From positions 40,362,001-40,426,000 of the forward strand of contig NC_092352.1 in NCBI RefSeq assembly GCF_963676685.1: a DNA stretch of 64,000 nucleotides, written 5' to 3'. The stretch's first letter is position 1, and the number at the start of each line of letters is the position of its first letter. Below, one piece after another: positions 28,783 to 42,346 of the stretch. Both the position numbers and the translations under genes were made by a program. This DNA comes from Mytilus edulis (Eukaryota). The notes beneath the pieces are model-generated. The model was given only the letters and a program-made list of their open reading frames with translations, did not search any database and had not been told where the DNA came from.

Positions 28783-31184
28783 TCACATTATTTTTATTAA
28801 AACAAATTTACAGGTAACTTCAAAACACGCGGTTTCTTCGCAACTTTGTTTCTACCTGTTTGAATTGAAATACAAAGCGTCATCTTTTAAAAATAAATAT
28901 TTTACTTTCGTTAAAAATTTATCGCATTTTAAAACCAAAAATTTAAAAGTGTAAGTTTAATATTCCGTCAAATTCAATGAATCGTTTCAGGTGGTGTGCT
29001 GAACCTTACATATATCAAATGAGTACATAATAGATCTGTGTGGTTATGAGACGACGGTAGTCAAATTACCAACTATTTGTGAGTAAGAAAGAAAAGGCAC
29101 TTTTGTTCGGGGAAAATCCAATATGAGGACACCTAACGCTGACATGGAAAGGGCGAAAATAAATGTATTTAATCCAAGTCAAATCATGTTATTTTTGTAT
29201 TGCCATTAAAATTCTAGGTTTTTGACAATGAATAAAATAAAATAACACTGATTGAAGTTGAACATTTATCCATAGGTCAATACCAAAAGGTCTCCGAACC
29301 AGGCTCGGTTGCTTTAATTTGACTGTGATAAGTGAGGTTACGGTTTGATACATCATAAAATCAAAATTTTAAGATATCTTGTGTACATTATTTTATATCC
29401 TTTACATAGATCTTTCGATTTTGTAATGTCATGGAACTCAAATAAAATTCAATCAGTTTGTTTATTCCATTAATGGTATTGTATTGTTCCAAAACTTGAC
29501 TAGCTGTATATGTATACATGCTTGGACTGCCCCCCTTTTTTTAATATAAAGCATCAAACAGGGTACGGGCATAGAAACTCACTCAGTTCGGTGGCATAAG
29601 TTATGTTAGATAATCATATGTAACGACGAATGGGACCGAAATTCACTTTATACTTGTATTTTTGTACTACCCAATATGATTTTAGGCATCCGATATATAT
29701 ATATATATATATATCTAACGTTTGAGCCAAAAACTAGAAGTCGTATTATTATATTTAAAACAACGATTTATACATAATCATTTAACAGTCAAATGCCAAA
29801 TCTCTGCATTGAAAGTTTTAATGTCGGACAAATGTCACTTTCAAATGAAAGTAGATAACCAGAAAAGAAAGATAAAAGACAAGTGGGAAAGCTGGACATG
29901 CAACAGAGGGGACGATAGAAGAAAGGAGAAAACTCCATCCTTTTCTCATTATAAATGGATTGCTTCCTTTTTGCTTTATATATTTTTTCTCTTGGTTATT
30001 TTCATGTTATAGAACGACCACTCCTTATTTCCGGAAAGTTTAGCTAGGAAGTAGTGACCAATCTAGCATTATCAACAACTAAATTAAAAGATTGTCCTTT
30101 TTTCTCACTGAATGATATTGAAAGAGTATAATAAAATTTAGAAGAGTAGCAATACTTGACATAAGAAGTAAAAATTTCATCTTGATCCGCCTTAAGTGCA
30201 TATGATCTCACTGAATAATTTAAATGAGAGACATGTCTAAGCAACAAGAAACAAACAAGAAATTTGATCCTTAACAAGATAAAAGATTTAAAATTTGTCA
30301 ATAACTCAATGAGATCAATAGTCTATATTCATAGATGTAACCTTATTAACATAGGTTTAAAGAGGTGTTGAAATTTAAATGATGAGATTAAACGACACAT
30401 CGCTGATTAAAATATTTCCATTTGTTATGTATTTTTGGGGATGTTTGTATACAAAAAAGTGTCGACAAAACAGTTTATCTAGTTAAACCCGGACCCTAGG
30501 CTTGAATTGATCCAAAATAATCAGGCATCTATATAGTTTAACTGATAATTCAAAATCGTTGAACATCTTAGTTATCTGATCACGAATAGGAATTAACGTG
30601 TAAAAAGAATAAATCAGCATAAAGTATAACAAACTTATGAGATCATATTTTGAAGAAAAAATATTTCCCATGAAGTTTTAAAATTAAAGTTTAAATGTAA
30701 TGACATTCGCACCGAAGTGTTTATTATTTGTATACCAATTATCATCGTTACCAAGGACAACTCTTTTCGATATACATTATAAAAAAACCTCCACGACTTT
30801 TTGAAATGCCTATTTCTCTTGATAAAGTTCTACCTGTCAAAATTAATACGTTTAAAGCCATGAAGCAGTATGCATGGACCCTACATCCATATCTATTTTT
30901 AAATTCTCCTGTAACTAACAACACCAGAGTTTATCTGTTTACATATCAACGTTGAAACTGAGTTTATGGCTTTTATTTTACTCCGTGTTGAAGGTCGCAC
31001 TGAGACGAAGAGCAACAATAAAAGTGACCCTCTTTTACTTTGATGTCTTGTAAAGTGCATGTAGGGACTTTGTGTAATAAAAGGATAGCCAATCCATATA
31101 CTAGTATCCTTTTCTACAAGAGATGGTCAGTACTATATATTTTATGTTTTCAACCTCGACATAGTCGAAAAAGCGAGACTATGG

Positions 31185-32422
31185 CAGCGTTGAACTAGCC
31201 TCTTTTGATAGTGAGGCAAAATTTATTTGCCGAGCGTAGCGAGGCGAAAATGTTTTGGAGAAGCTTTGAGAAAAATAACGCAAAATCGTGCATTCTGAGC
31301 GTTTCCCAGGCTCTCCTTGCATTGAAACGGCTTAATTAATTTTTGTTTTTTTTTTTGCTATTTATTTTCGACAATATTCTGGTCCCAAAGCAAAAACATA
31401 GATTCACTGTAATTTAAGACTTTAAGGTTCTAGATACAACATTAAAAGACCGATATGTAGGATAAAGCAAAAATTGTAATTCTCATAATTATTAATACCG
31501 GATCTGTCTATCTGTTCTTGTTTTGTATTGTGCTTAGACTTTGTTTTTTTAAAACTAGATTTAAATATAGTGACAGTGCAGTATTATACTTTTTAGCGGC
31601 CCCTTTTTAGTACTAGTTCACACTAGGGACAATCCTTCACCTTGTTTTACGGTATTAATGATTCTCTCAAAGTATTGTTGAAGACCCTCCAGCAATTATC
31701 AAGATGAAGAACAGGAACAAAAACTTTGACTATTGATCATTTGTAATTTTTTATGCATTGACTTTGTGTGCGATTAGGTCCTCTGAAAGTGTTTTTCTCA
31801 ACACGACTTAATGCAAGTTTAACCCTTCAATGTAAAAGGACATATATGGCACTACCTTGTGATTGTTTTTTTTTCAAATTATTTGATACCGGGTAATAGG
31901 TGACCTTACTTTAATTTAAACCATGTCAGCTATCTAGTTTTATTTACAAAAAAACTGTTTTATATTCTTTGATATCAATTATCCATGCAGAAAGGACCAT
32001 TTTTTTGTGTCCAGTAGCATCGTACATTCTTAAAATATTTTCTCGCACAATGTCTGGACATCGGTGGACATGCAACATTGCAAAACCACGTTTACAAATG
32101 AAAATCAACACTCAGACTATAGTCATAAAGTAGGACAATAAATGAACAAAAGACAAACCTGGGACACAGAAGTACAAACAATTGACCATCAACTCTGAAA
32201 ACTATAAAAGGAAAATAGAAACATGGAAAAACAAAAAACATGCAGGGGCGACACCAAAGAGTGAAGAGAAGTTGTGTCTTGAAAGACACTTTCCGTGAAA
32301 AAAACAATTTGATATGAAGACAATCTTTTGTTTCAGTTTTTTTTTGGAGGGGGGGGGGGGCAGGGGGAATTTCTAACATGAGGCATTTGCCTCATTTGCC
32401 TCAATGTATATTTACGGCCCTG
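31185..32422. mobile_element. Possible non-autonomous TIR element (CAG...CTG)
   Basis: Flanked by direct TATGG (31180-31184 and 32423-32427). Both ends carry tgaggcaaa motifs in inverted orientation, but the terminal match is degenerate. Confidence 0.4.
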
Positions 32423-33957
32423 TATGGCGTACTGTTTACAGCGGCGTTAACAATAATATATCAGGGGAATCATTGGTGGTATTTCAATGATATGTGGTAT
32501 GCAGTTATACAGGTTTCTCCTTCCCATGAAGATTATTTGCCCCCACCTCAGTATTTGACTGCTAATATTGAATCTGAAACTCACCAAAGCTGTGTTATTA
32601 TGTGCATATATGCCGACTTACTTGCTTAAAAGTTTAAGATTTGGTACTAATTGTTGACCCTTGACATTTGGGATGCAGTTGTATTATCTTTTCATCGAAA
32701 CATTTACTAACATGGAAATGGAATGGTCCAAGCCTTTTGAAACGATTCGTTACTTTTGTATATATTATATGTTTAAAGCCTAAATGGTTTAGGTCAGTTA
32801 AATGGAATCACTTAGGATAAGTCAATGGTATTTTGAAAAGTATTTATAAATGTTAAAAGGAACATGTGTGTGTATATTTGTTTTGACATTTGTCACATGA
32901 CTATTATATAAGGTCTACTCTATAGTTGAGTATTTCGACAGTACTGTCCAGGCGAGCTACATCCCACATATATAGTGTTTTTGTTTGTTTGAGTAGACGA
33001 CAGACAACATAATAGGGTTGAAAAATCATTGGCACTTCTCAATTCAATGGAGATTGTTTGACCCCTGCCACTTTAGTCACCCTTGCCACTGTACTGAGTC
33101 ATGGTTCATCGAAAGTGAACGTTTTTCAAATAGTTTACATGTTAACAAAGTTTTGCCATTTTTTTTTATCAACATTTGCATTATCATGACTTTCGAATTC
33201 ATTTTTTACTGCATTACTACATGTTTTGCAGCTTTTGCACATTCCAACAGTTTCATATTTTATCCTTGTATGACACATTTGTCACTCGGTTGATACAACA
33301 GGCCCTTATGGAAATATTAAAGTATGTGTATTATTACGATTAAATAATAATAATAAAATAAAATTCTCTTTCAGGTAAATGATATCATGATGGTCTCATA
33401 CAACGTTCACTTTCTTTTATAAATGTAACACCACATTTTGAGTTGAAATCGATAGTATTTATGAAATATTTACAATATTTACACGTATAAATCGATTATA
33501 TATATATGTATGACATTAAACATGGAGTTGCCAAGGGAAGGGACGTGTTGGGTTTAAACAATGTGGGTTTTATTTACTAAACCATACATTATCTAACAAC
33601 AAACAATTCCCTGTATGTTTAAAATCTACATACGCCTTGACATCAAAGTAAACATCGAGGAAAGTTATTAAAAAATGGGAGCATGTTTCAACTAGAAATT
33701 TTCAGAAATTCGCACAACACATAAACTCGGCCTAATGGCAATCCAAAATTTAGCCATTTTCAAAGTTGAAAATCAAATTAACTGATTGATTTGTTTTTTT
33801 AAATATTCAATGGCATATAGCTTATGAATGCGCAGGACAAACACAAAGAAAAAGCAAAGAACAAATGGAAGTTTTTAACGACCTTGACTGGCTGTATAGC
33901 CCTTGTACGGTCGGTATTGTATAAGCAAAGATAATTACCCCTTATCATGTATTGCAT

Positions 33958-34128
33958 CAGGAGTCGGTTTCACACAAAAAACTATCGGCTAAGATTGATC
34001 GTAAATCATGAACAATTCAGTGTACTAACGATTAATCTTAGTCGTAAGTTTTTTTTGTGAAACCGACAATTCAATGTACTTACGATCAATCTTAGTCGTA
34101 AGTTTTTGTTTTGTGAAACCGACTCCAG
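33958..34128. mobile_element. MITE with duplicated right arm
   Basis: ggagtcggtttcaca...aaaaact at left and agtttt...tgtgaaaccgactcc at right. The right-arm segment is present twice. Confidence 0.75.
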
Positions 34129-35651
34129 TTTATCTGCATAAATTTAATTATAGTTTGTCAAGCTCAAATTATGGAAAAGGCTTATAATATTCTGTCATAT
34201 TGAATCATCTTAGTATATACACTGCATGATACAAGAGGCACAAATGCATAAAAACAGACAGTATTGAAGGCCTTAGTGTGACTTTTAGATGAAGAACAGC
34301 ATTGAAAGAGCACTTTTTTGCTTGATTTTTGCTTTGCATATGCTGGTTTTGTGCCATGGATTGATACCTTATATAAGTAATGTTTTCATATTAGCTATAT
34401 AGTGCAGAAATAGGAGAAGTGAAAAGAAATGAAAAATATTTCTGACATCGGATTTGTTTTAAAATTTCGCCGAAGACTTTAGACGAAATAGAAATCTAGC
34501 TAAACATGCACATATACATGCACATCCTAGTTTGATCTCTTAACTTAAGGGTAGAAAATTGAAAGTCATTTATCATTTTTACAACTACTTTCTCTTATAT
34601 TACTATAGTATTTCTCTAACTAGTAAACAATTGCCAATACGTTATTTAATCGCTTGCCAACTATTATGTATGTATACCATGAACAAAAGATTGTTTATGT
34701 ATGAAGTTAACGAGAAAATTATTGGTAAATATTTGTGTACCTTTCAAAATGTTTAGTTACGAAATTGGATTGTGTGTTCCCTTAATGAAAAGATGTTTAA
34801 ATAAGATAAAAACTGATTTTGAATATTTCAAATATATTTATGTTCAAGATTTCAATAAGGGTAGTTACTAATCCGGTAATTGCTTGATTTTATGAAAGAA
34901 AATTTATAACTTTTACATACACAACACATGGTTCTTTTGAATTACAAGTGAAAACGAGGTACGAAAATAATTAAAATTCTTTAAAAATCAAATCTATTGA
35001 AAAATATATTAAGTCACGTATGACTTTCACTCCCTCTTTATTACTGTTTCAAATTCAAATATCAATGATCAAAGTAATTCACAACTTTTTAAAATAGATA
35101 TATACCATGCAAGCTTCTCTCAACAAGTTGAAACAAGAAGGCACGCACACACCGAAATATCTCACCTTCGTTACTGATCATGATTTGATTTATAATTGAG
35201 ATTTATTTCTCACTAAAAGTGTCACATATATAAATAAAGGCAACCGTAGTATACCGCTGTTCGAAAGTCATAATTCGATTGAGAGAAAAAATATCCGGGT
35301 TACAAACTAAAACTGAGGTAAACACATCAACTATAAGAGGAAAACAACGACAACAGAAACACTGAAGTGCAACAAAAAACCAAAACGACAATGCCACACA
35401 TAGAAACGAACTATAAGATAACAACTGCCATTTTCCCGACTTGGTACAGGACATTTTAAGAAGAAAATGGTGGGTTGGACCTGGTTTTGCGGCTAGCCAA
35501 ACCTCGCGCTTTTATGGCAATGTCAAATATAATACAACATTACATGACAGGTCTGCAGTTCAAATAAATGCAAGAACATTGAGGTCAGAGAAATACACAA
35601 ATAAACATGACAATAGGACATTTCGACTCATGCTTATAGTTATCAAAGGTA

Positions 35652-36720
35652 CTAGAACACACCCGCGAAATCGCGGGCATTCAGAGCGTAGTTTAAAGTA
35701 TCAGTATGTAAAGTGTTGTTGGAAGAATTTTGTTAAATACAGAATGACTGGAGAATTTCAGCAAAAGTATAAGTCATAGGTTATTGGGGACAGGGAAATG
35801 TTTTTTTTACCCTCCACCTTTATTTCCAAAGTTCCCAATTTTTGGTTTTCTATTAATTTCAATATGAACATACATTTAGTATGTTATGAACATTTATTTA
35901 AGTAAGGAGCCTGTAATTCAGTGGTTGTCGTTTGTTTATGTGTTACATATTTGTTTTTCGTTCATTTTTTGTACATAAATAAGGCCGCTAGTTTTCTCGT
36001 TTGCATTGTTTTACATTGTCATTTCGGGGCCTTTTGAAGCTGAGTATGCGGTATGGGCTTTGCTCTTTGTTGAAGGCCGTACGGTAACCTATAATTGTTA
36101 ATTTCTGTGTCATTTTGGTCTCTTGTTGAGAGTTGTCTCAACATGGCAATCATACCACATCTTCTTTTTTTTTTGTAATCAATGAATTTTGTAAAAGATT
36201 TAATGACTGGAGAATTTCAGAAAAAGTATCAAAAGTTCACATGAATAATTTTAGCGCTTATCTGTATATTATGAACATTCATTACTACATACATAAAGCG
36301 TATTTACTTTCAATTCTAAGTTTACTAATCGATCCATGGTGATCATTGATATAGTATACAGACCCTCTCTATTTAATAAACTCTGTGACTGCCGTGGATA
36401 GTAAACTTGAAAATTATAGCAGATAAAATTCTGAAAATACACTTTATTCGTAGTATATGTATGTTCAAAGTATACAGAAAAACGCAAACCGGAAGTCTAA
36501 TCTGACTTAAAATTTCGTACAATGACGGGACAATACCCGGATGCTTTTTTTCTCGTTTTTCTCCTAAAATAACTCAATCTGAATAATCATATGAATGGAT
36601 GACAAATGCGACTATGCACTGTACCTATAGGACACAGACGCGTGTTGATTAATTTATTGTGGAAAGAAGAGAAGCGACACCAAAAATGAGGTCTTCTCGT
36701 TTAATAGTATAAAAGAAAGA
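35652..36720 (-). mobile_element. Non-autonomous Helitron
   Basis: On the minus strand it starts TC and ends CTAG (35655-35652), with a subterminal hairpin cccgcga-aa-tcgcggg (35662-35677). Inserted between A and T with no TSD. Contains a family-B repeat. Confidence 0.8.
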
Positions 36721-39310
36721 TACCAGGCTTAACGTTATGAACGATCCATGTAAATGATGTCAAGGTCAGACGAACCCTAGGACTACCGGTTGGACCTGTA
36801 TACATATACTCTTCTCTAATTCTGTACACCAAGTATAGTAAACTTATTGTTTATAGTTTGGTAGAAGCAGAAAATACTTGATATTTACCAACAAACCATT
36901 AAAATGAAGTCATGGTCAGATTAATCATGCCAGACAGACATGCACACTACAATACAATTTTAAAAACCAAAATACTTGGTCAGTTGCTTATAGTAACTGA
37001 GAAAGGGACCAAAGTCACCAAACCATGAACAATTGACTTTGACCCAGGATCAATGAATAAGAGGTCAAGGTATCCTGAACACGTGACCTGCAAGAAGGAC
37101 CTTTTCACCATTTAATCATTTCATACACCAAACATGTTTGACAATTTGCATATGGTTTATTAGATGCAAATTTGGCCAAAATTTAAAACTACTAGATCAC
37201 TGATCATTGAAACGAAATCAAGGTCAGATGAACCATATCTGACTGACATGTGTCTACCTTTAAGGGATCCATTACCACTGGTCTCAACTGAAGTAACGAT
37301 CATCCCAATATGGTGGACACAAATTTAGAGAAATTTTAGAAGGCCGATTCCTCCACTTTAACAGCTTATTTTCAGATTTGTATTATGTCAAGAAACATCT
37401 TTATAAGAGGCATTTTCATTGAAGGTTTTTTCCCAAAAGGTTGGAAAAGCAACAAGAAGCTTAAGAATATGCCATAAACATATTTATAAAGACTTCTTTT
37501 AAACTGAGTTTGACTGTGCGTATTGCTGTGTGTCATTGTTTAATCTACATTGACTAGAGGTATAAGGGGTCTCTTTTACACTTTCCACATATCAATTCTC
37601 AATTTTCTTTATCAATCATTTACAAAAACTCTCTAGTTTTAATTCAGTCAGTTAACCATGAAAATGAGGTCAAGGACAATGGACAAATGGGAACATCGTT
37701 GCATAACGTATCTGCATACACGGTATGAAGCACCCAGGCTTTTTATCTTCTAAAATTAAAAGTTTTAAACGTAAAATTAACACAGCAGGCAGCCGGAGAA
37801 ACATCTGTCACATTCAGGCGAGACAAAAAAAAAAGGAATCAACATTGGTGTCAAAGGAACAGTGCCGATATTTTTGCAGTTCGTTTCCTTGTAAGTTACT
37901 TCACGGTATTCAAGGATGAGGATAGATGTTCATACTGTATACAAGTTCTAGCATATAGAAACCTTAACATTAGTTGTCACAATTGTTATTAAACGAACAT
38001 GTGTCGGTGTAATCAATAAACTACATGTAAAACTAGTGAAGTGTACCACATATTATATTAGTCATTCCCATGAGGACAAAAAACTATAATCTATATCAAC
38101 TTAAATAATAATGAAATTTTAAACAGCAACTATGCCTAGAATGAGATATGATGAAGCCGTTTAAAAATAAGAATTTGTCTCATAAACAAGCATTCTATAT
38201 CTAGCTGACAAATAACAAGAGAAGATAACTCAAACACAGCAGCTGACACAAACTTCGGATATAAGTAGATTTAGTGAATGTTAACAAGATGAACAAATGT
38301 CATAAATTACAAGGACAAAAGTAATATATGAATCTTTACAGTTTATACTCTGTAACGGTAATCGAAATTTCCACATTACAAGCTCAATTTAGATGCAACA
38401 CAAATATATATAGCTTTACTTATTGTGTAATTTGTCTGCCTATCAGATTGTATTAAGGGCAACAGGAGGACGGTCGATTTACAGCATCAATATTGTATGT
38501 GTCGTATAGTTCAAGTCCCTCCATTGTGATTGACAGAACAATACTGTAGCTGGCGTCCTATTTTCTCTTACCTAATGCCTTTTCCCTTTTATTTTGAAAA
38601 AATCATAAACGGTCTAAAGTATATCAACTGCCAAAAAACACATAAGCAATCTGTAGATACAGTTATATTCTAAAAGAAGAACTTAATATTCTGCCTGTAT
38701 AGCCTGTTGTTCTGTTTATAGTTAATGATATTCATACTGGTAAAAGTTTCAAACTAGACCCTAACGAATGTTTTGGCGACGTTTTTAGCAGGTAGATTTT
38801 TTTTTCTATTTCTTCCATGATTGATAATGTTTGCTTCCACAACGGCAAGTGTTTCATGAATACTCATGAAAAGAAACTATTAACAAGTATGCAGACGGTA
38901 CGATCAGCTAGGTGTAACACATATGAACTATATATGGACAATGCCCCCCTCCTTTGTCTGCTCTGCCATATGCATAAGTACAGTTCCACATATTTTAGAT
39001 TTGACAAAAAGTGATGCTGGCATAAAACTTGAAGTTGTTACCCTGTCTGTAAGACACAAATGGTGTCACGCGCCTGACCATAGGAAGTTATAAATTTAAC
39101 ACTATGTATTATGATGTAACTGTAGGAGGAGATAACCGGACAAACCATTATTTCTTTAGGCAGCTTGTACCGAAAAAAATGTCCAACTACTAGTACCTTT
39201 TCAGAATATTTGAAAAAAGAAATCAAAATCCTGTGGCCATGAACACCTCCATAACTGTAGTAGGAGATAGCTGGACAAAGCATGATCTCTTCATGCAGCT
39301 ACTACCAAAG

Positions 39311-39556
39311 AAATCAAAATCCTGTGGCCATGAACACCTCCATAACTGTAGTAAATCAAAATCCTGTGGTCATGAACACCTTCATAACTGTAGTAAATCA
39401 AAATCCTGTGGCCATGAACACCTCCATAACTGTAGTAAATCAAAATCCTGTGGTCATGAACACCTCCATAACTGTAGTAAATCAAAATCCTGTGGCCATG
39501 AACACCTCCATAACTGTAGTAAATCAAAATCCTGTGGTCATGAACACCTTCATTAT
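39311..39556 (+). repeat. Minisatellite, 42-bp unit (aaatcaaaatcctgtgg[c/t]catgaacacct[c/t]cataactgtagt), about 6 copies
   Basis: Directly visible, with one additional copy at ~39219-39261. Lies in a HINE-like element (~39050-39660). Confidence 0.92.
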
Positions 39557-42346
39557 GTGTATGAACAACCTACAACACATTAAAGTTGTACCTTCAAAAC
39601 TGTAGGAGATAGCCAGACAAACAATGTACCCTAAATATGAAGGACAGGGGTGAATTAATATGCTCCCCGTCCCTGACATTGAGGAAACTTGGAATGTAAG
39701 AGGAAGTTGCAAACATTTTGCCTTGCTACAGGCAATCTACTAATCCCTGAAAAAGCTTTTGCAAGTGTGACCCTTTCTAAACGATGCATGGAATTGAATG
39801 TCCCCATTTTGACTGAACTTGGCTGCAAATGTAAGCATCCCATAGCCATACACAGACCCTAATTTCACAAGGGTTTTACATTTGGTCGGAAAAATACCAT
39901 AGCAACAATATTTCCATACCCTAACCTCCTTTGTTTTTGCTTAATGAAAACAATGCTAGAAGAAGTCCAATAATATGACAGAGTAAAGTGATTTTTTTTC
40001 AGACAAGGTGAGAGAACAGGACATCACTTTCTTGTTGACATTATTCAATTATCAATATCTTATGTTTGGCTTCTCCATAATTTTGTTCTGTTATAAGGTT
40101 CCAGAGATGTGTGATGTGTGCATGAAACTCTAATCATTTGGGTTTATACTACAGCTGAGTGGCAAAATTGCATATGCTAAAGAATTACTCAGGTAACTAA
40201 TCAGTATGTTTATCCAATGCTGTCAACTGACCAGTTGCTGCAACAAACTAAATGCTCTTATACAGGCAAATATGGAGTAGCTGATCAATGCTGTAGCAAA
40301 CTTAATTCTCTTACTAACGAATACCAAGAAGCTATTCATATTGGCAGTAAATATATATCACAAGTATACAATATTATAAATTTTATTCTTTTGATACAAA
40401 AATATTAAATCTCCACAAAATATAACATAAATGAGAATTCTTGAACACACATAAATGCCCACAATCATACAAAAATAAATGTATTTTTCATCCATGCTTT
40501 CAATGGGACTGATTCAGTATAAATAAATCTAATGCGGGAATTTGAAAACAATTAAAGTGGGGGGTCTATAATGACTGGAATTTGACACCTAAATTTGGTA
40601 TGTAAAAAATAACCTTAAATTTTTTGTAAGACTATTTAACCTTCAAAATCCTATACTTCCCCAGTATGCAAATTTCAGGTAAATACTCTCCCCCCTCCTA
40701 TAAATTAACTATCCTCCAATAATGTAGTGATCAAATTAAACAATGACTTACTGTAGTCATATTTCAGCAATAAACCAAACATCCAACTTTACTAAATAAA
40801 TAAGTGAATTTTAACATGTGAAAAACTCTCATACAATAATATACATAACTTGATAACAAAAACACTTTCTAAGACATACTCATAAGAAAACAGAACAAAC
40901 AGTTAATATATATACTATAACAATAGGTACATAACAGAAAACAGATAACAGAAAGAAATCTTAGATTTAATAAAGATTTCTAAACCGGTTAAAAATGCAG
41001 ATCTCAATAGGAAAAGTTTTCTTACAAGTTTCATCAGTATTTAAAATACAAGTCTTTTTGGAGTCTTTTTTACATATTTTCCACTAAACATGCACAAGTG
41101 TAGCAAAAATACACATATATAATGCTGAATTTATAAAAGAAAATGAAGCAAACCACAAAAATGCCAGCGATTGACAACATTTCAATTAAAGAATGAAATT
41201 CACATATATTTTAATTCAGCCATGGAAAAGTCAAGATTAGAAAGTCATGAAAGTCGGGAACTGGCACAGTTATATAAAAAAAATATAAAATGCATAAAAG
41301 TCATGTATAAATATAAATTATCAACAAAAATATGATAAGTTATGAAAATGATGAAATATTGATTCATGATTAGATGTGATAGACATGGAATGACCATTTA
41401 AAGTTTGACTAACATTTATTACCCATTTTAATATCATATTGATATGTCTGAGACGGAATCATTTTAGCTATAAAATAAAATAGCATTGCACATAATAATA
41501 TGGCTTTCTTCAAACCAATGTCACATCTCTCCCCCTGACCAGAAATATTTGTCCCCAAATAAATCTGCAAATGAAGAGTGTAATGCTTCAAAAAAAGCAA
41601 ACAATTTGGTTTTTCAAATAATGTTTAAACACATTGTAATGAGAATCATATGAATGTTAACTTTTATCCAATTATCATGCATGACTTTTCAGACAAACTT
41701 AAATACAGACATCTCACATTGAGGCATATTATCATGTCAACCATACATTTCTGTCATAAAGACAATTCATACGATAAATAATCTATCAGAACAGTTATTA
41801 CATGAACAATTATGCTTTTAAAAATTTTAATTCAAAATGTTTAGGAAACATCTATTTGACAAATGTAATAATAGTGTTTTCATTTTTTTTAAGATAGGGT
41901 TCCTCTGAGAAACATCCTCATGCATGCAATATTTGATAAAATCGTTGAAATAACAAATTTATATTAAAATCTATCCCATGACATCGCCAAAGTAGTTTTC
42001 TTTGGTTTATTTCAAATGAGACTATAAATTAGTCAACTTATTCTTTTCTTAATAGTCATGATAGTGGGATAAACCAAAAATGAATTATTTTGAATTTGGA
42101 AGGAAAGATAAATATTTATGCTGAGCTGAAATCTATATCTGCCAAACAGATGTTTCCTAATTATTTGAGATATTTCATAATCATACTTTCTCAGTTATCA
42201 AATTTAAATAGAAACATTCCATTCATTCAGTCATTCAATTTAGTGTGGATATGACCACATAAAAATACACCCTGCAACTTGGTTGCCATGACAGTGTTAT
42301 TTGGCAGTATCGGTAGCACATTACTGTATTGTCAATATCACAACAA

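Noticed and set aside
29722-30955. Cluster of 60-96-aa ORFs
   Set aside because: No recognisable motifs or consistent splice structure. Expected by chance in AT-rich DNA.
39233-39605. Repetitive ORFs (SKSKSCGHEHLHNC)n and CRISPR-like appearance
   Set aside because: Pure 42-bp tandem repeat with no unique spacers. ORFs are open in several frames only because the unit is a stop-free multiple of 3.
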